Below the pieces are notes generated by a model. It was not told the DNA's origin, searched no databases, and saw only the letters and a list, made by a program, of their open reading frames with translations. A stretch of DNA of 64,000 nucleotides from Phoronis australis (Eukaryota > Animalia > Phoronida), in contig NMRA01000128.1 of NCBI GenBank assembly GCA_002633005.1, positions 793,482 to 857,481 on the forward strand. Direction: 5' to 3'. Shown piece after piece: positions 26,301-39,000 of this stretch. Position 1 is the stretch's first letter, and each line of letters starts with the position of its first letter. A program made the position numbers and the translations under genes.

Positions 26301-26878
26301 TGTTTGCAGAAAACCAGAGTAGCTTAGCAGTAGTCCATCTAGAGTTTAACAAAATTTTGTTGGTTACACATGATGTCTGTTTATTTTGTGTCCATCACTG
26401 TTGCTAGACCACAAACTGATTAATTGCGCCATCTATTGTAATCTTCTTTACAGGAAAGGTCAATCCTACACAGTGTGAGTCTATTACTATGGTGGCTGCA
26501 CAGGTCATGGGAAATAACACAGCTGTCACAATAGGGGGCAGCAATGGACACTTTGAACTCAATGTGTTCATGCCTATGATTCTCTACAACACGCTGCAGT
26601 CTGTCCGCCTTCTTGGTGATGGATGCGTCTCTTTCACAAAGAATTGTGTGCGTGGAATCTTGCCTAATAGAGAGCGCATTGAACAGCTGTTAAATCAATC
26701 TCTGATGCTTGTCACTGCACTGAACACAAAGATTGGTTATGACGATGCTGCAAAAATAGCGAAACATGCTCACGAGAGTGGATTGACCCTTAAACAAGCA
26801 GCTGTTCAGCTTGGTCTGGTGACCGAGGCAAACTTTGATGAATGGGTTCAGGCTAAATCAATGTGTGGCCCAAAGTGA
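9351..26878 (+). CDS. FH: Fumarate hydratase, class II
   Basis: Exons: 9351-9353 (ATG only, AAAATG|GTAAGT), 15765-15893, 16719-16829, 19623-19799, 21846-22001, 22936-23047, 23681-23761, 24072-24275, 26454-26878. Motifs: [30 protein letters not shown], [19 protein letters not shown] and the signature GSSIMPGKVNP. AATAAA at 27070. Confidence 0.97.
9448..9511 (+). CDS. Candidate FH mitochondrial-targeting cassette exon (3' donor unresolved)
   Basis: Acceptor ttgtttttgacag|9448 follows a 94-nt intron after the ATG exon. The phase-0 join gives [22 protein letters not shown] (6 Arg, 7 Ser/Thr, no acidic residue). Possible donors are weak: AG|GCAATT at 9511 (phase 1) or GCC|GTGGAT at 9525 (phase 0). 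Confidence 0.35.
9515..10281. mobile_element. ~770-bp foldback element in FH intron 1
   Basis: Long imperfect inverted arms, e.g. tactacaaggtatgaca / tgtcataccttgtagta and aaattcgcggtcaaagcacaaaaatgtt / aacatttttgtgctttgaccgcgaattt. Confidence 0.85.
10282..12187. mobile_element. Non-autonomous hAT-type DNA transposon, ~1.9 kb (contains an N at 12151)
   Basis: Perfect 15-bp TIRs CAGGGACTCATCTAG / CTAGATGAGTCCCTG and a perfect 8-bp TSD GATAGTAC at 10274-10281 and 12188-12195. Confidence 0.9.
14345..14509 (-). mobile_element. tRNA-derived SINE fragment (same family as 18615-18861)
   Basis: The reverse complement shares cagtgtggcct, ctagctcctcagct.ggtttt and ttccaggtgatcag with the 18615 copy. 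Confidence 0.75.
17135..17350. repeat. Compound microsatellite (GTAT)n/(GT)n/(TCTG)n
   Basis: Directly visible. It explains the low-complexity ORFs 17159-17368 and 17235-17438. Confidence 0.95.
17443..17897. mobile_element. MITE with ~125-bp inverted arms
   Basis: cagaaaatta...tgaaaggcaacgt..gccagcctctgctg.ctttttcaagcctgtgcg is mirrored at 17772-17897. Confidence 0.8.
18615..18861 (+). mobile_element. Full-length tRNA-derived SINE with A-rich tail
   Basis: A box TGGCCTGGTTG, B box GGTTCGAGTC, A-rich tail, and a 14-bp TSD ATATTATGAGAGTA at 18601-18614 and 18862-18875. Confidence 0.9.
20247..21143. mobile_element. hAT-like non-autonomous element with an internal tRNA-like segment; inverted partial copy at ~30871-31090
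   Basis: Ends CATAGGCGGATTTAG ... CTAGATCCGCCACT with a flanking TTCGCTG repeat. Internal GGTGTAGTGG...GAGTTCGAGTC at ~20847-20900. Confidence 0.7.
22295..22409. repeat. Perfect tandem repeat, 5 x 23 bp (TTAAGTGCTACTTATCACTGTAG)
   Basis: Five identical contiguous units with no spacers. Confidence 0.95.
24870..25760. repeat. Degenerate internal tandem repeats (~130-170 bp units), probably inside a non-autonomous DNA element
   Basis: Recurring ttcttgattttca, gaaatgctcttct, tgcttacgaag and ggcattttgcaa blocks. Confidence 0.55.
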
Positions 26879-27536
26879 GGAGTGCAGAATCAAGTGGTTG
26901 TTGTTTGTTCTTCTCCCAAGTGGGCTTCCCGTATGGGAAGTGTTTAGTGTGGCCTGTATTGGGCTGTTTATACATGGTTTTGGTGTTGTTTCGCAACATT
27001 CCAAATGTTTATACTCAGTTTTAGAAATGCATTCTTAACTGGTAAAAAGCGACTCTGTAGGTGTGTAAAAATAAAGTAACTACAATACAAGTGAATGCTT
27101 TATGTTGATCCACAGTACATTGTTACCCTAGTTATGACAATAACTTTCCTATGTGTTTCAGAGTTCCAGGAATTTTGCAGGCATATGTTTGCAGGAATTG
27201 CTTCCACTAATCTGTTGTGTGCCTTTGTGATCGAGAATCCCAACAAATTTTGTAACCCCCTTGAAAATGCCCTTGTCAGACCTCTGCAACACTAATCGGT
27301 CAGTTTGCTCATTGAATGGAATGTAGGCTGCAAATTGGTCAAAGGCTGAACTCTGGCTTAGAATTTTGATTGAATGAACAAACCTTGAACTTGTCAATTT
27401 TTCCGTGGCCAGTGTTAATCTTGCGAAGTTTGATGGAACTCAGAATCCCAGCAAATTGATGGGGTTGGTTAACCTGTTCAAAATTGTTAGGTTTCAAGTC
27501 AATGGCAATAACCAAGTGTCACCCTGGCAGGGATCA

Positions 27537-27860
27537 TTTTTATGCACCCACGTATTTACATATGGTTGCATTACTATGCTGTCGTCCCTGAACGTCTAGC
27601 ATCCACTGTTGTTTCTCCAAAACCCCTGGGTGGGGGACTCGCGAAATTTTGCAGATGTGCTCCTAATATGGATGGGACAGCATGAGTGAATTTTCAGCCG
27701 GATCGGAACACTGGTGTGGGCGCTTTGTTTTTGGATGGATTCGACATATTCTGCGCCACTTAGTGGCCATTTGATCCTGCTTAATCCAAGGTCGCGTATG
27801 CATGACCTTGAAATTGAATATTGATTTGGCAAGATCACCCACTTTTGCCTTTTGTCAAAA
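27537..27860 (-). mobile_element. Helentron/DINE-like (HINE) element fragment, same family as 47455-49020
   Basis: Terminal hairpin-like ttttatgcacccacgtatttacatatggttgcat, the block ctccaaaacc, and a motif that reads CCACTAAGTGGCGC on the minus strand at 27753-27766. Confidence 0.65.
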
Positions 27861-29629
27861 AATCGGAAGAATATGTGAATGGTTAAATCAATTATTGCTT
27901 GATGAATAAGATCCCAATAGTGGGAAAAATATTTATTAAAATTTACTGTATTTTATTAACAAGTAGTTTGATTTAGTGCAGTGCAAATTTTTATCAATGT
28001 CAGCGTAATTATTTGAGTGAACTTTTTTAATTTTCCTGGTGTATTTTAAGTTCACGCATACGCGATCTTGAGATTAAGCAAGATTCCAAGTTCACACACA
28101 GCATTTTTATAGTATCCGCCTCTCTATTTCCCAAACCGCACGAAAGATTATTTTGAAAATTAGTATAATTATGTTCTCCTACGGCTGGGAAGAGGACGAC
28201 TGACGATGATTTTTGGACGGGTTCAACTGAAAGATGTCTTTTAACTGAGTAAGGAAAAAGACGAAAACAATTTTATGACAATCAAGTGTCCTATATGAAA
28301 ACCTGTTTTTAGGGAAACATGACATTTGATGCCGCTAGAACAATACAGAAGGTTTACTACGTTCACCCAAAGTGCTGAAATATTCTTTATCCAAGTGTGT
28401 TTGCAAATACTTCCTTGAGTGATTGCCAGCTAATTTATTTTGCAAACTGTTACTAGATTCATGCCTGCCGTAGCTGTGGTGGTTCTGTCGAACCCCCACT
28501 CGCAGAAAAGCCGAGTCCAGCCTCAGCCTAACCGTTAAATATAAGGATGCATATGGACAACAACAACAAAATTGTTCCAGCTACTGGTACTACTAACTAC
28601 AACGATAACAATAATATAGTAAAAATTTTGAATTTGCTTCTAATTTAAAGCGCTTCACGTAATCATGGCCGGGGGCCGCGTACCCGTCCATGCAACTTCG
28701 CCTTCATCGGTACCGAACGCGCGTGGTGGCTACACCATAGGGTAACAAGGGAGTCTAGAGAATGAGTAAATACTATAGTGCTGTAGCAGCACGAGAGATC
28801 CGAAAAAGTAGTGCGGAGTGAATGCTTTAAGACCAAGAAACAAAACGGCAGAAAATATGTTTTGATCTGCTATTTTGGTATACTTGCTGGCATAGTACGG
28901 TAAAGTGCAGGCATTTTCAAATTTTTCAGTGCTGCGCCGCCCATGGTGACATGGGCGGCGCTCCGTAGGGGGCTATAATGTCCCGCTTATTTCAATGCTG
29001 CGCCGCCCATGAATTGAAAGTGACCGTCAAATATGTATCGAGTATCCTTGATTGTCTATTGGGGGATTGGTAAGCATGTGTGTACTCGTGTGTGTAATTC
29101 CTTTCTTTTAAATTCAGTGCACGTTGACGGTGAGTTCACTATAGAAAGTCCTCCGTTGTTGCGCAAATTTCAGTCATTTAACTACCGTGTTTTCTTGCTC
29201 TGAGAAAACGCCAACCATCATGTTCGCATTATTAGGGAAAAATAAGTCTAGACCTAATAAAAACTTTGGTCAATGAAGAAAGTCTTCTCTTGTAAATAAG
29301 TGCCAGTGGTGCAGAACCTCGCAGCCTTCATACGAGAGACAAACTTGGTGGAAAAGATTTCCATGGTTACATGAAACTATTCCAAAGTTTCACTACTCCG
29401 AAGTTTCACTGCTCCGAGGGTTCATCACCTTCGAAAGTTCATTACTTCGAATGTCCACAACTCCGAAACCAGAACTCCGACACTCCATTACTCTGATTGT
29501 CAGCTAATGAGTCGGAACTGACTTGAATCATAAATTATTGTATTTGTGTCCATTTAACCATTTAATGGGTCTGCAAAGGTTGATTAGTTCTTAAAACCTT
29601 AATTACATTGTATACAAATGAGTGCAGTT

Positions 29630-29875
29630 CAGGGCTTGGAATGACCAATGACAAAAAAGCACATTTTCCAGGTGATGTATCGTTCCTCAAATAAAAAGGC
29701 TTGTGTGATAGAAGTTTTTTGTGCTGTAAAATTTAACTGAAATAAACTTTTTGCATGGATAAAGTCAAAATAATGACAAAAAGAGACCAAAAAGAGGAAA
29801 CTGGAAATCAAATAAGAGGAAATAGAAACCAAAAAAAGAGGAAATCCTCTTAAAAGAGGAAAATTTCAAGCCCTG
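29630..29875. mobile_element. Short hAT-like MITE
   Basis: TIR CAGGGCTTG(G/A)AAT with an imperfect flanking cagtt duplication. Confidence 0.55.
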
Positions 29876-32800
29876 CTCAGTTCCAATCACTCCCAATCGT
29901 GATTCTTGAATCTAACTGAACTAACTCCTTCTCAAGCAGGAACATCATCGGATCCGGGCCATGGGACTAATGCGGCAGTTTTAAATTTCAGAAGACTGAA
30001 TGGGACTCTTTGACTTCGTGAAGAGTGGCAGGTATAGGGCAGTCTACTATGCTACAAAGTTTTGACCCGGCCGTGTGCGTGGTTCCGGTGAGTCAGTTTA
30101 GGCGCAACGGCCCTAAAATTTTCAGTCACGCTGTGAAATGATGCGATCTTGACATGGATTTGATGAAGGTATCGTGGTTGATAAGCAAGGAAATTTCTCA
30201 TATATAGGCATGAAATCCGGGAGTAGCCTTTTGGGTGTAGGTACACAACTCAGTGCAACTAATAACCGAAGTATCGTTTATTTTTGCATGTAAAAGTATA
30301 CAACTGGTTGCAAATGAGTCCAAAATTTTAGACATTTTCTGAATAATACACGTTCAGAGTAGTTCTCTTTCAGGACCACATTACATCCAAATTTGAGTCC
30401 CTTTGTTGCGAGCAACCACGGAATCTTCATTTCTGGTATTCCGAATTCCGTCTCATCTCAGGAACATAGAGCTGAGAGTCATCGTTGTATACACAAATTT
30501 CCCTTTCACCTAATTAAGCTGCGTCAAGGCCTTGCCAGCGTCGACGTTTGCAAAGGTCCGCCGTTTGAAATTCGAACCACCGCCACGCTATGCTGGCTGC
30601 GGGCCTAAGATTTCTTTATAATTCGTATGTTGAAATGTTATGGATGCAAAAATCTAAGATCACCCGTTTGAAAAGGTAGATTCTAATTATCTAATTATTA
30701 TCTCGATGTTCTCCTGAAACTTTGGGTCGAATTTCACCTTGGAAGGTGTCTTCTTGGGGCTTCTAGCCGATTCTTTGCTGAGCCCTTTGTACGTGTAGCC
30801 TACAACAATTACACTTTCTATTAATAAAACATGGTTTTTACAAGTATGTATATATGTTTGTGGTAAAATGCAGTGGAGGATCTAGGATATCAAAAGGGGG
30901 GCCAACATTTTGTCTGTAAACATTTGCTCACAGCACGATTGTAGATGCGCATAGCACCGAATGGGGGGACGTCGGGAGGGGGGTTTGCCCTCCTCCCGCC
31001 CAGGAAATTTTTCTGTTTTTTCCTCTAAAAATCAAATATTTTCCTTGATTCCCGAAGTATTATCCACGAAAAAAGGCAAAAAGAAAACGAGACAAAAGTC
31101 TTCAGGAATTCGGTACGAATGCGCAACTCATAGGTCTGAACCTAGTACCCCCTTTTTAGTTCCCTTTTTCTTTTTCCACTAAAAGGTCTATATACCGAAA
31201 AATTCGAGCCCCCATATTTTAGGCTGGGTGTGCGCATCGAATACTTTTTCAGGCCCTAACAACACCTGAAAAGTCCCTTGTGGAGAAGAAAATGGTGCCG
31301 GCACATGGTCATCATGATCATACCAGTACATAAAGTTTCATTGAAATCTGATGCCATGCAGAAACACTCTTCCCCAAACATCACTTGAAAAGCCCCTCAT
31401 CATGATGTAGACAAATCCACCCCATGAGTCCGGCGCCTTGACCTACGCTAGGACCTAACTGAAATCTAGCTTAAGTCATGTGATCTCATTTAAAATACAC
31501 AGCAATATATCACGTAATCACGCGAAGTCTTGATTTTTAGCGAGGTCCTAGCGTTACTGAACGGGAGGCTGGGATACCGCGTATCGACAGGGAGCGGCAT
31601 AAGGCTTAATAATTGCCGGTTGTCTGAATCAGACACTCGGAATCGAGTCTNAGTTGTAAAATCTGCCTCATTTGCTGCCAATTTGATGGTGATGGCGCAT
31701 TGTCGTCGCATACTTCTGTGTCAAGTTTCGTTAAACTTTCGGCAATCAGTTATCTACATAATATCCAGAAATGCCCTTATTCCCCCAAGAAAATGGCGAC
31801 TCTGTTGGAGCTAGGTGCTGCAGTGGTCGAATCTATTTGAAAATCGAATAGCGCCGGCGCATTTACGTCGCATACCTGTGTGTCATGTTATATCGAAATC
31901 CATGATCAGTTGGTTCTCTTGATAACATGATTTTCCGTAGATAAGCCCACCCGGTGAAACGTCCATGATGGTGTTAATATTCGGAGAATTTTCCCGAATG
32001 AACGCCCATGGGCGTTACAACTTCTGGTGTTGAGTGCCTAGGTGGACGTTTATTCGGAAATTTTATTCTTAAAAGCCTACCCAGCGTCAACTTTTTGCAA
32101 CGAATTCAGTGTTGACGAACTACGCATTTATTAACACAAAATTTTTTAAAAACATGGTTTTAAGTAAAAAATGTCGAAGTCAACTAGCAAAGCTTGTACG
32201 TTTCGTGTACACGCTCCAAATAAACGCCCGAAACTCTACTGTTTGTGTGGGCAAATAAAAATGCGCTTAATTTTAGCATATTTAACACGCACGACGTTTT
32301 CAAAGTAGGCCTAGTGCACAAATCCTGGCGCCGAACTCTATGATGCGAAGCGATAATCATATCTAAAATTATGCCAATAATTTCTACTTCTCCTGTGGGG
32401 ACCCCTAGAGGCTACTTGTCTATTTTTTTTACTAAAAACTACTTGGTCATGTGACGTAATTAATGGCAGATTTGCATAATTTCAAAAATTAAAATCTGCA
32501 GGCTTTCTACTGTCAGAAAATGTGTATTTTCACCTAGTTACGATCGACAGTTTTGTACGTATTTATCTAAGAAATATGCAGAGTGGTGGATTAAGTCGCA
32601 CATAACTTCGGCCTTATCTATTTTATCTCATCCTGCAAGTGTTCACCACGTCGTAGCAGAATAGACGACACGTATATATTCTCATAGGAAATTAAGTTTG
32701 TGTTTTGTTTCTCAATTAAAGTTGATCAAATGCTGTAGTATAGAACTTCATTACACAGTCACAAAAGCTTTTAGGTATTGTAAATTGACTGTAAAAAGCG

Positions 32801-33023
32801 TAAACGCTCGTTAACGGAGCACTTTATTCTTCTAACGGGCTCGCCTGAGGCTGAGCATTTAAGCGGGCGGGCGACCACGCAGTACTCAGTCTGGTATCGG
32901 ACGACTAACGTCAGCGGTCATTCGGCAAGTACGTTGTACGTGAAGGCCTACTGCGAGTGGAAAGCCTTAACTTGGAAATTTGCATAAAATTTCATGTGCT
33001 TCAGTTTGAACACTTTATAGAAA

Positions 33024-36000
33024 ATGTTGTGCATCAGAGCTTTCAGAGGTGGCTGTCGAGGACGTGAATCTGTGCACCCGTTGCCAAAGGTACGCTTAAC
33101 TTCACCCTTTCTAAGTGCTCTTCTTTAAAACATGTGATACTGAGAGACGGGCCTGTCATTCAGTGATTACATGGTTCTGCAAATTAGGGACCTTTATGTC
33201 CGACCAGTGCCATTTTCCCATTGCCAGATGACTGAATTTTACATCACCTCACAGAGGTGAAACAACGAAAATTTTCACTGACTATTGGCCCCTGTAGAAA
33301 AGTTAGACATTCAAATCGTGACCCTTGATAAGGTGACTTCACAATGTCGCCTGGATTTATCAGTCACTACCGGATAGTCTTCAATGCAGTGAATACCTAA
33401 GCTATAGCCTTCTAGCGATTGCGGTGAATTAAGTTTTGCGTTCTTTTGTTTTCCATTGTTTGTACATTGGACCTACGACATAACACATGGCATGATTCAA
33501 CCATTCACTTCTTTTACTTTGCATCATAGCTTGTCAAATACCCCTGGCAAATCCAATAAATAGGAATGAATGTGCTGGAGATACAGTTTCATAGGTTGGG
33601 AAATGTTTAGAGAAGACCAATTTTTGTTACAGAAATATTTCAAGGTTCATGTACTGAAATCAAAACGTCTATTAAAAAGGTTGCTACAGGGCCTCTGACT
33701 CCCCTTTATGATATGTGCTTTGTGCACTTATAAAACCCTCATTGATCCCTCTTGAAAAGTAACTTTTGTTCAAACATTCCATTAATTTAACCATTATTCT
33801 TAAGAATTATGGTATTTTGTTGTTGTATTTTGTATATTGGTTGATTTATTTATTCATACATTGAAGAAGTTTTGTAGTGAATGAGCCCAGCCACATTTAT
33901 TTAGTCTACAGGGGGTATAGGTAGGCCATTAAAAACGGTCAATCATTTGTTAATAAACTTCAGAATAAAAGAATGAGTTTTTATTTTTTGATGATGTAAA
34001 GCAACTTTCAATATTTCAAAAACTTTCAGAAAATTTCAATCTGATATAGTCAAACCATGAAAGCAGTTAATAAGCCATACAAATCACTTGACAGGTGTTT
34101 TATCATGTGGAGAATTTCTGGCTTACACTGGTTACAGCTCTGATTCCCTAAGCCCCAAAGAACTTTTATGATCTCTCATTTCAGCAAGCCCTTTGTATTG
34201 GTGTAGGTTTGAGCTAATTAAGGGTAAAGGTAATAGCTAGCACTACCTTCTGAACAATGGTGGTCCTTATTCCACCCAAATTGTTTTTCTCTGGCATTGC
34301 ACAGAGTTAAAGCCTGCAATATGGAGAGCAATTTTAACTTGGTACATTTTAAATATTACAAGCAGATTATATAAAAAGTTAATTTGCGTTGATCTTGACT
34401 AAGGGCCACTTCCTAAAGGAACGTTTTAAATATATTCATACGTTTTCATTACTTTATTTTAATACTCCTGTCTGCTTGCTTTTTTCTTACCGGTTAGGGT
34501 TGCTATCTTTTTATTTTGTGTTGAAACAAAGCATCAAAACAACTTAAAAGTCAGTTAATTGTGAACCCATCCCTGAATTTTCCAGATTACAGCTACACCA
34601 AACATGTCACAGCAAACAAAACTCCACGTGACTTTAGTTCAAGTTCAATCTTTATTAGAACTCAAATCATAAAACATATATAAACGTGTAAATATGGTGA
34701 TAGCCAAACTGAAGATTTGGAACAATTTTGGTTGCAGTAACTACATAACTATTCTAGCTTTTTCTCAGTCATAAAAATAATATCACTGCTCTTGCCCACA
34801 GACCAACCTCATCCACTGCTTGCACTCTCTCGTTGACTCCAAAGCTTGCCATCTTAGGTGTCTTCACAGGTGTTCCATTACAACTACAAGCTTACTGTCG
34901 ACATTGGCGCATTTCCGCGAATAACAGTTTTCCGGTTAGTGTACTACTCCTGGATTAAAGTTGTTCGGCATGCACTGGGCCATAAACGATGTTTTGAAAA
35001 TTATTGACGTAGTTACTGTGTGTTGTTCAGAGATGTTTCGATGTAGATTAGTTGCATATTAAAAGAATAATCCAATTGTGATATTGTTAACTCTGATCAG
35101 CATTTGTAAATCACTGAGAATATCATACGCACAGTCGTTTATCTTCAATCGTACCCAATGTTTGTAGTTTTTAGCTTAATAGTTCGATGTTTAAAACTCG
35201 AAAACCAAATTTTAATAGAATTTTCAATACCGGGCATTATCAATTCCAAGGGTCAAAAAGTATTATTGTGCCCTGTTACAAAAAGGGAGACAGATTTAAT
35301 CCAAATAATTATAGAGGGATCTCCGTTATAGATAGTATTAATAACAATTTTACAGCTATTCTTTATTCTCGAATAGTTGAATGGTCGAATGAAACGAAAT
35401 GTATCCCGTAAGAACAAGCAGGGTTTCGGACAGGGTAATCTACCATCAGCAACAATTTTAGCCTACAGAGTATCATCCAGACACATGTCACTAAACGGAA
35501 GGGGAAAGTATATTGTGCATTCGCTGATTTTAGTAAGGCTTTTGATAGTGTAGCTTTTTCCCGTTCATTTTATGCCCTTTTAACCAAAGGCTTGCATGGA
35601 AAAATGTTTGACATTTTGCGCAGTATGTACGATTCTATACAATCGTGTGATGTGGTACAGTTAAAGACCATGCTCCATTTTAACTGTACAGTTGGTGTCC
35701 GACATGGATGTGTTTTAAGTCCCTGGCTGTTCTCAGTTTTTGTTAGCACACTAGTGTCTGATATTAGAGAAAATGTAGGCAGAGGAATACGTGTCTCTCC
35801 GGTTCTTTGTTTTTGCTGATGATTTAGTACTGGTGTCGAATACTGCTGCTGGGCTACAGATGAAGCTCAATGTCCTTGAAGAGTTTTGTCGAGATTGGAA
35901 CTTGCAACTTAATTTAGAGAAAACAAATGTGGTATTTAAGTGAGGGAGCATTCTTTCAAATACTGAAAGGTGTTTTTTTGGCGACAACAAAGTAGATACC

Positions 36001-39000
36001 AAATCAAACTATAAGTATACCTATAGGAGTCACATTCTCCTGCAGACTTAAATGGACAGAGTGTTGTAGAGTACTTGCAGGCAAAAGCTCGAAAAGCAAT
36101 GAGCGTTATTAAAGTCACTCTGTTAAAACTGAATTTCCCATGGAGTGCATTTTAAACTCTTTGACTCTATGATAATGCCCAAATTAACATATATGGTGTA
36201 GAAATATGAGGAAGTCAGCAATGTGTGAATCTATTGAAAAAGTTCATAATGGTATGTTCTGAGATCATTGTTAAAACGCCAAATGCTATAGCTCGCAGTG
36301 AATGTGGGAGACAATGGTTAATTACAACATATATGTGTAAACCAGTAATCTTTTGGACAAAAGTGCTTGATATGGAAGAACATAGGTACCAACTGAAGTG
36401 CTAAAGTATGCTTATGGAACAAGGTGAAAATGGTAATTGTATCTGGGCACACCGTGTCAAAGAAATTTTGTATTGGTACGGTTATGGAGAAGTGTGGTTA
36501 TTTGGCTCAGGCAATAGTGCTGCATTGTGGTATTCAAGCAGAGATTACTGGATTGTGGCATCCAGGAATGACAACTGGAAATAGGTAACTCAAATAAGTA
36601 TGAATTTTATAATCTTATTAAACGTGATTTTGTTAACAAGCAATATGTGAATTGTTTAAGCGCTTATTGGAGAAGAATACTTGCGCAATTTCGATGTTCA
36701 GGTCACTCACTTAATAAAGAGAAAGGGAGACATATGGCTCACTCACTAATAAAGAGAAAGGGAGACATATGGGTATTCTTAAAAGTGAGAGAATATGCGG
36801 CATATGCTGTCTGGGTGAAATTGAAGATGACCCTCATTTCATGTGTCGATGGCCTGTTCTTGCAAGACCATAGAAGAAATCTTCTACCAGAGCTTGTGAA
36901 TGTTAACTATTCTCTTGTTAGGTTATTCCAACAGAAAAACCATGACAGTATCCAGCGCCTTGCATTTTATATTCAGAAGGCTTTAAGAGAAGAACTGCTG
37001 TCCGTGTAAATACTCTTAATATACATTTGAATTTATGTATTTATGTATGAGTAGGCAAAAAAGACTACAATGTACAATAAATGATATTATTATTATTATT
37101 ATTATTTTATTATTACTATTAGATATTGTTATCATTATTATGAAAACAAAATAAAACGATAGCCACCCTAACCGGTAAGAAAAAACAAACAGACAGGAGT
37201 ATTAAAAATAAAGTAATGAAATGTCTCCGTGATAGCAAGTAGCAGCATATATTAAAGAAAACAGCTATGGTTTTAAGTCGACTTGACATCAGTGGTGCAT
37301 TTAAACTCGAGGCATCCTAACTTTAATTGAGTATAGAATTAGAGGTCGACAACATTTTGCCATTTCTGGACGTGTTAATGGAGCCTGAGGGTACCTCAGT
37401 GATAACATCAGTATTTCATAAGAAGACCTACACAGGACTGTACACTTGTTTTCATAGCTTAATTCACATCATTTGTTTATAAAGTAGGTCTCATTAAAAC
37501 TCTAATATACAGGGTATATCGCATTAACAACACTTGGACTAGATTTGGTTCTAATATTAAAGGACTTACAACGAATTTGCAAAAGAATGGCTATCCCCTA
37601 GAATTAGTCAACAGGGTACTCAAGACTCCAACGTAACCCTGATGATGTTCATCTTGTAGACAAAACTAACTACAAGTACTTTAAAGTACCGTATGTTGGG
37701 TTTTACGCCAAGATTGCTCAACAAAACTCAACACATTGGTGACTGATTACTGTGTGAACTTAAGAGTTGTATTAATTAACATTCAAGTCTCTAAAACTGT
37801 CGAATTTATTTAACCCTAAGGACAAAAATGGGTCTATGGTCCAAGGTAGTGTACAAATTTATCTGTGCTGGATGTGGCTCCAGTTATCTAGGCGAAACTG
37901 TTCGCCATTTGAAAACCAGAACCAAGGAACATCTAAATTCTGACAGAAGCTCACATATAAATATTCACCTAGAGAGCTCCAATCATTGTTATCAGCAGTG
38001 CTCTTTCAATGACTTTGCAATAATAGACCAGGCAGTAACAACAAAGTCAGGCTCTACACATCAGTTGGTGCAAGCCCAATCTCAATAGGCCAGTGGCACA
38101 CCACAGGTTGTCATTGCTAGTTCATCATGTTGTCACTCCCTGTAACTAACTTTAGCTGCGCTTCATTACTTGCTGCTGGGCCTAGCTAGGTGGCCACTGC
38201 ATTCTCTCTTCTGATGATGGTGTTCGAATAAATGACACCGAAACATGTCAAGTCGACTTAAAACCATTGTTTTCGTTAAAGTAATGAAAAGGGGTATGAA
38301 AAATATTAAAACCAACATTCCTTTGGGAAGTGGCCCTTTGTCAAGATCAACGCAAATTAACTTTTTTGTATTTTTGCCTTTAAAATGTACCTAGTTAAAA
38401 CTACTCTCCAAATTTGCCAAAGAAAGACAATTTGGGTGTAATATAACAACCACCATTGTTAAGAAAGTAGTGCTAGCTATTACCTTCATTAGCTCAGATC
38501 TACATCAACACAAAGGGCATGCTCACTGAATAGGCATCATAAAAGTTGTCTGGGGCATAGGGAATCAGAGTGGTGACCAATGTGTAAGCGAGAAATTCTC
38601 CACATGGTTGTAAAAGTCACATTATGTATTGTCCAATTTTCAAAATTCAAGAACCTAATCGCCTGCCTGTGCTGTTTCACGAATTATTCAGATATGCCAT
38701 TTACAAACATTTAAAAAAAATTTCAAAATACTATTGCCACCCCTGCGTTTATGATGGTCTTCTAGCTAGAGAACAGCAACGTCAGCATGCAGTCTAAGGC
38801 GTTTTAATTAACCACAACAGTATTTGATGTAAACCAGCAGAATCTGTGATGCACAAACTGGTGGAGTTGCCCAGAATCTTGACCGATTAGTGTGTCAGTG
38901 AAGGATTCTTTTCAAATTACTGTGGTAAACCTATTGTAAATTTGAAAATTCTTTGTTGCAGTTTGCTGGGTCGGTGCTGGATTGCCTAGGCCGGAGACTG

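Larger units (their letters stand above)
34104..38605. mobile_element. Foldback element with ~400-bp arms (34104-34515 versus 37145-37221 plus 38290-38605) hosting a nested LINE and a Penelope element
   Basis: Arm matches: catgtggagaatttct / agaaattctccacatg, gttaatttgcgttgatcttgac / gtcaagatcaacgcaaattaac, tcttaccggttaggg / ccctaaccggtaaga. Confidence 0.85.

Noticed and set aside
26876-26950. Stop-codon readthrough adding a PTS1 to FH
   Set aside because: The context is TGA-GGA rather than TGA-CTA, and the extension ends GSV, which is not a PTS1.
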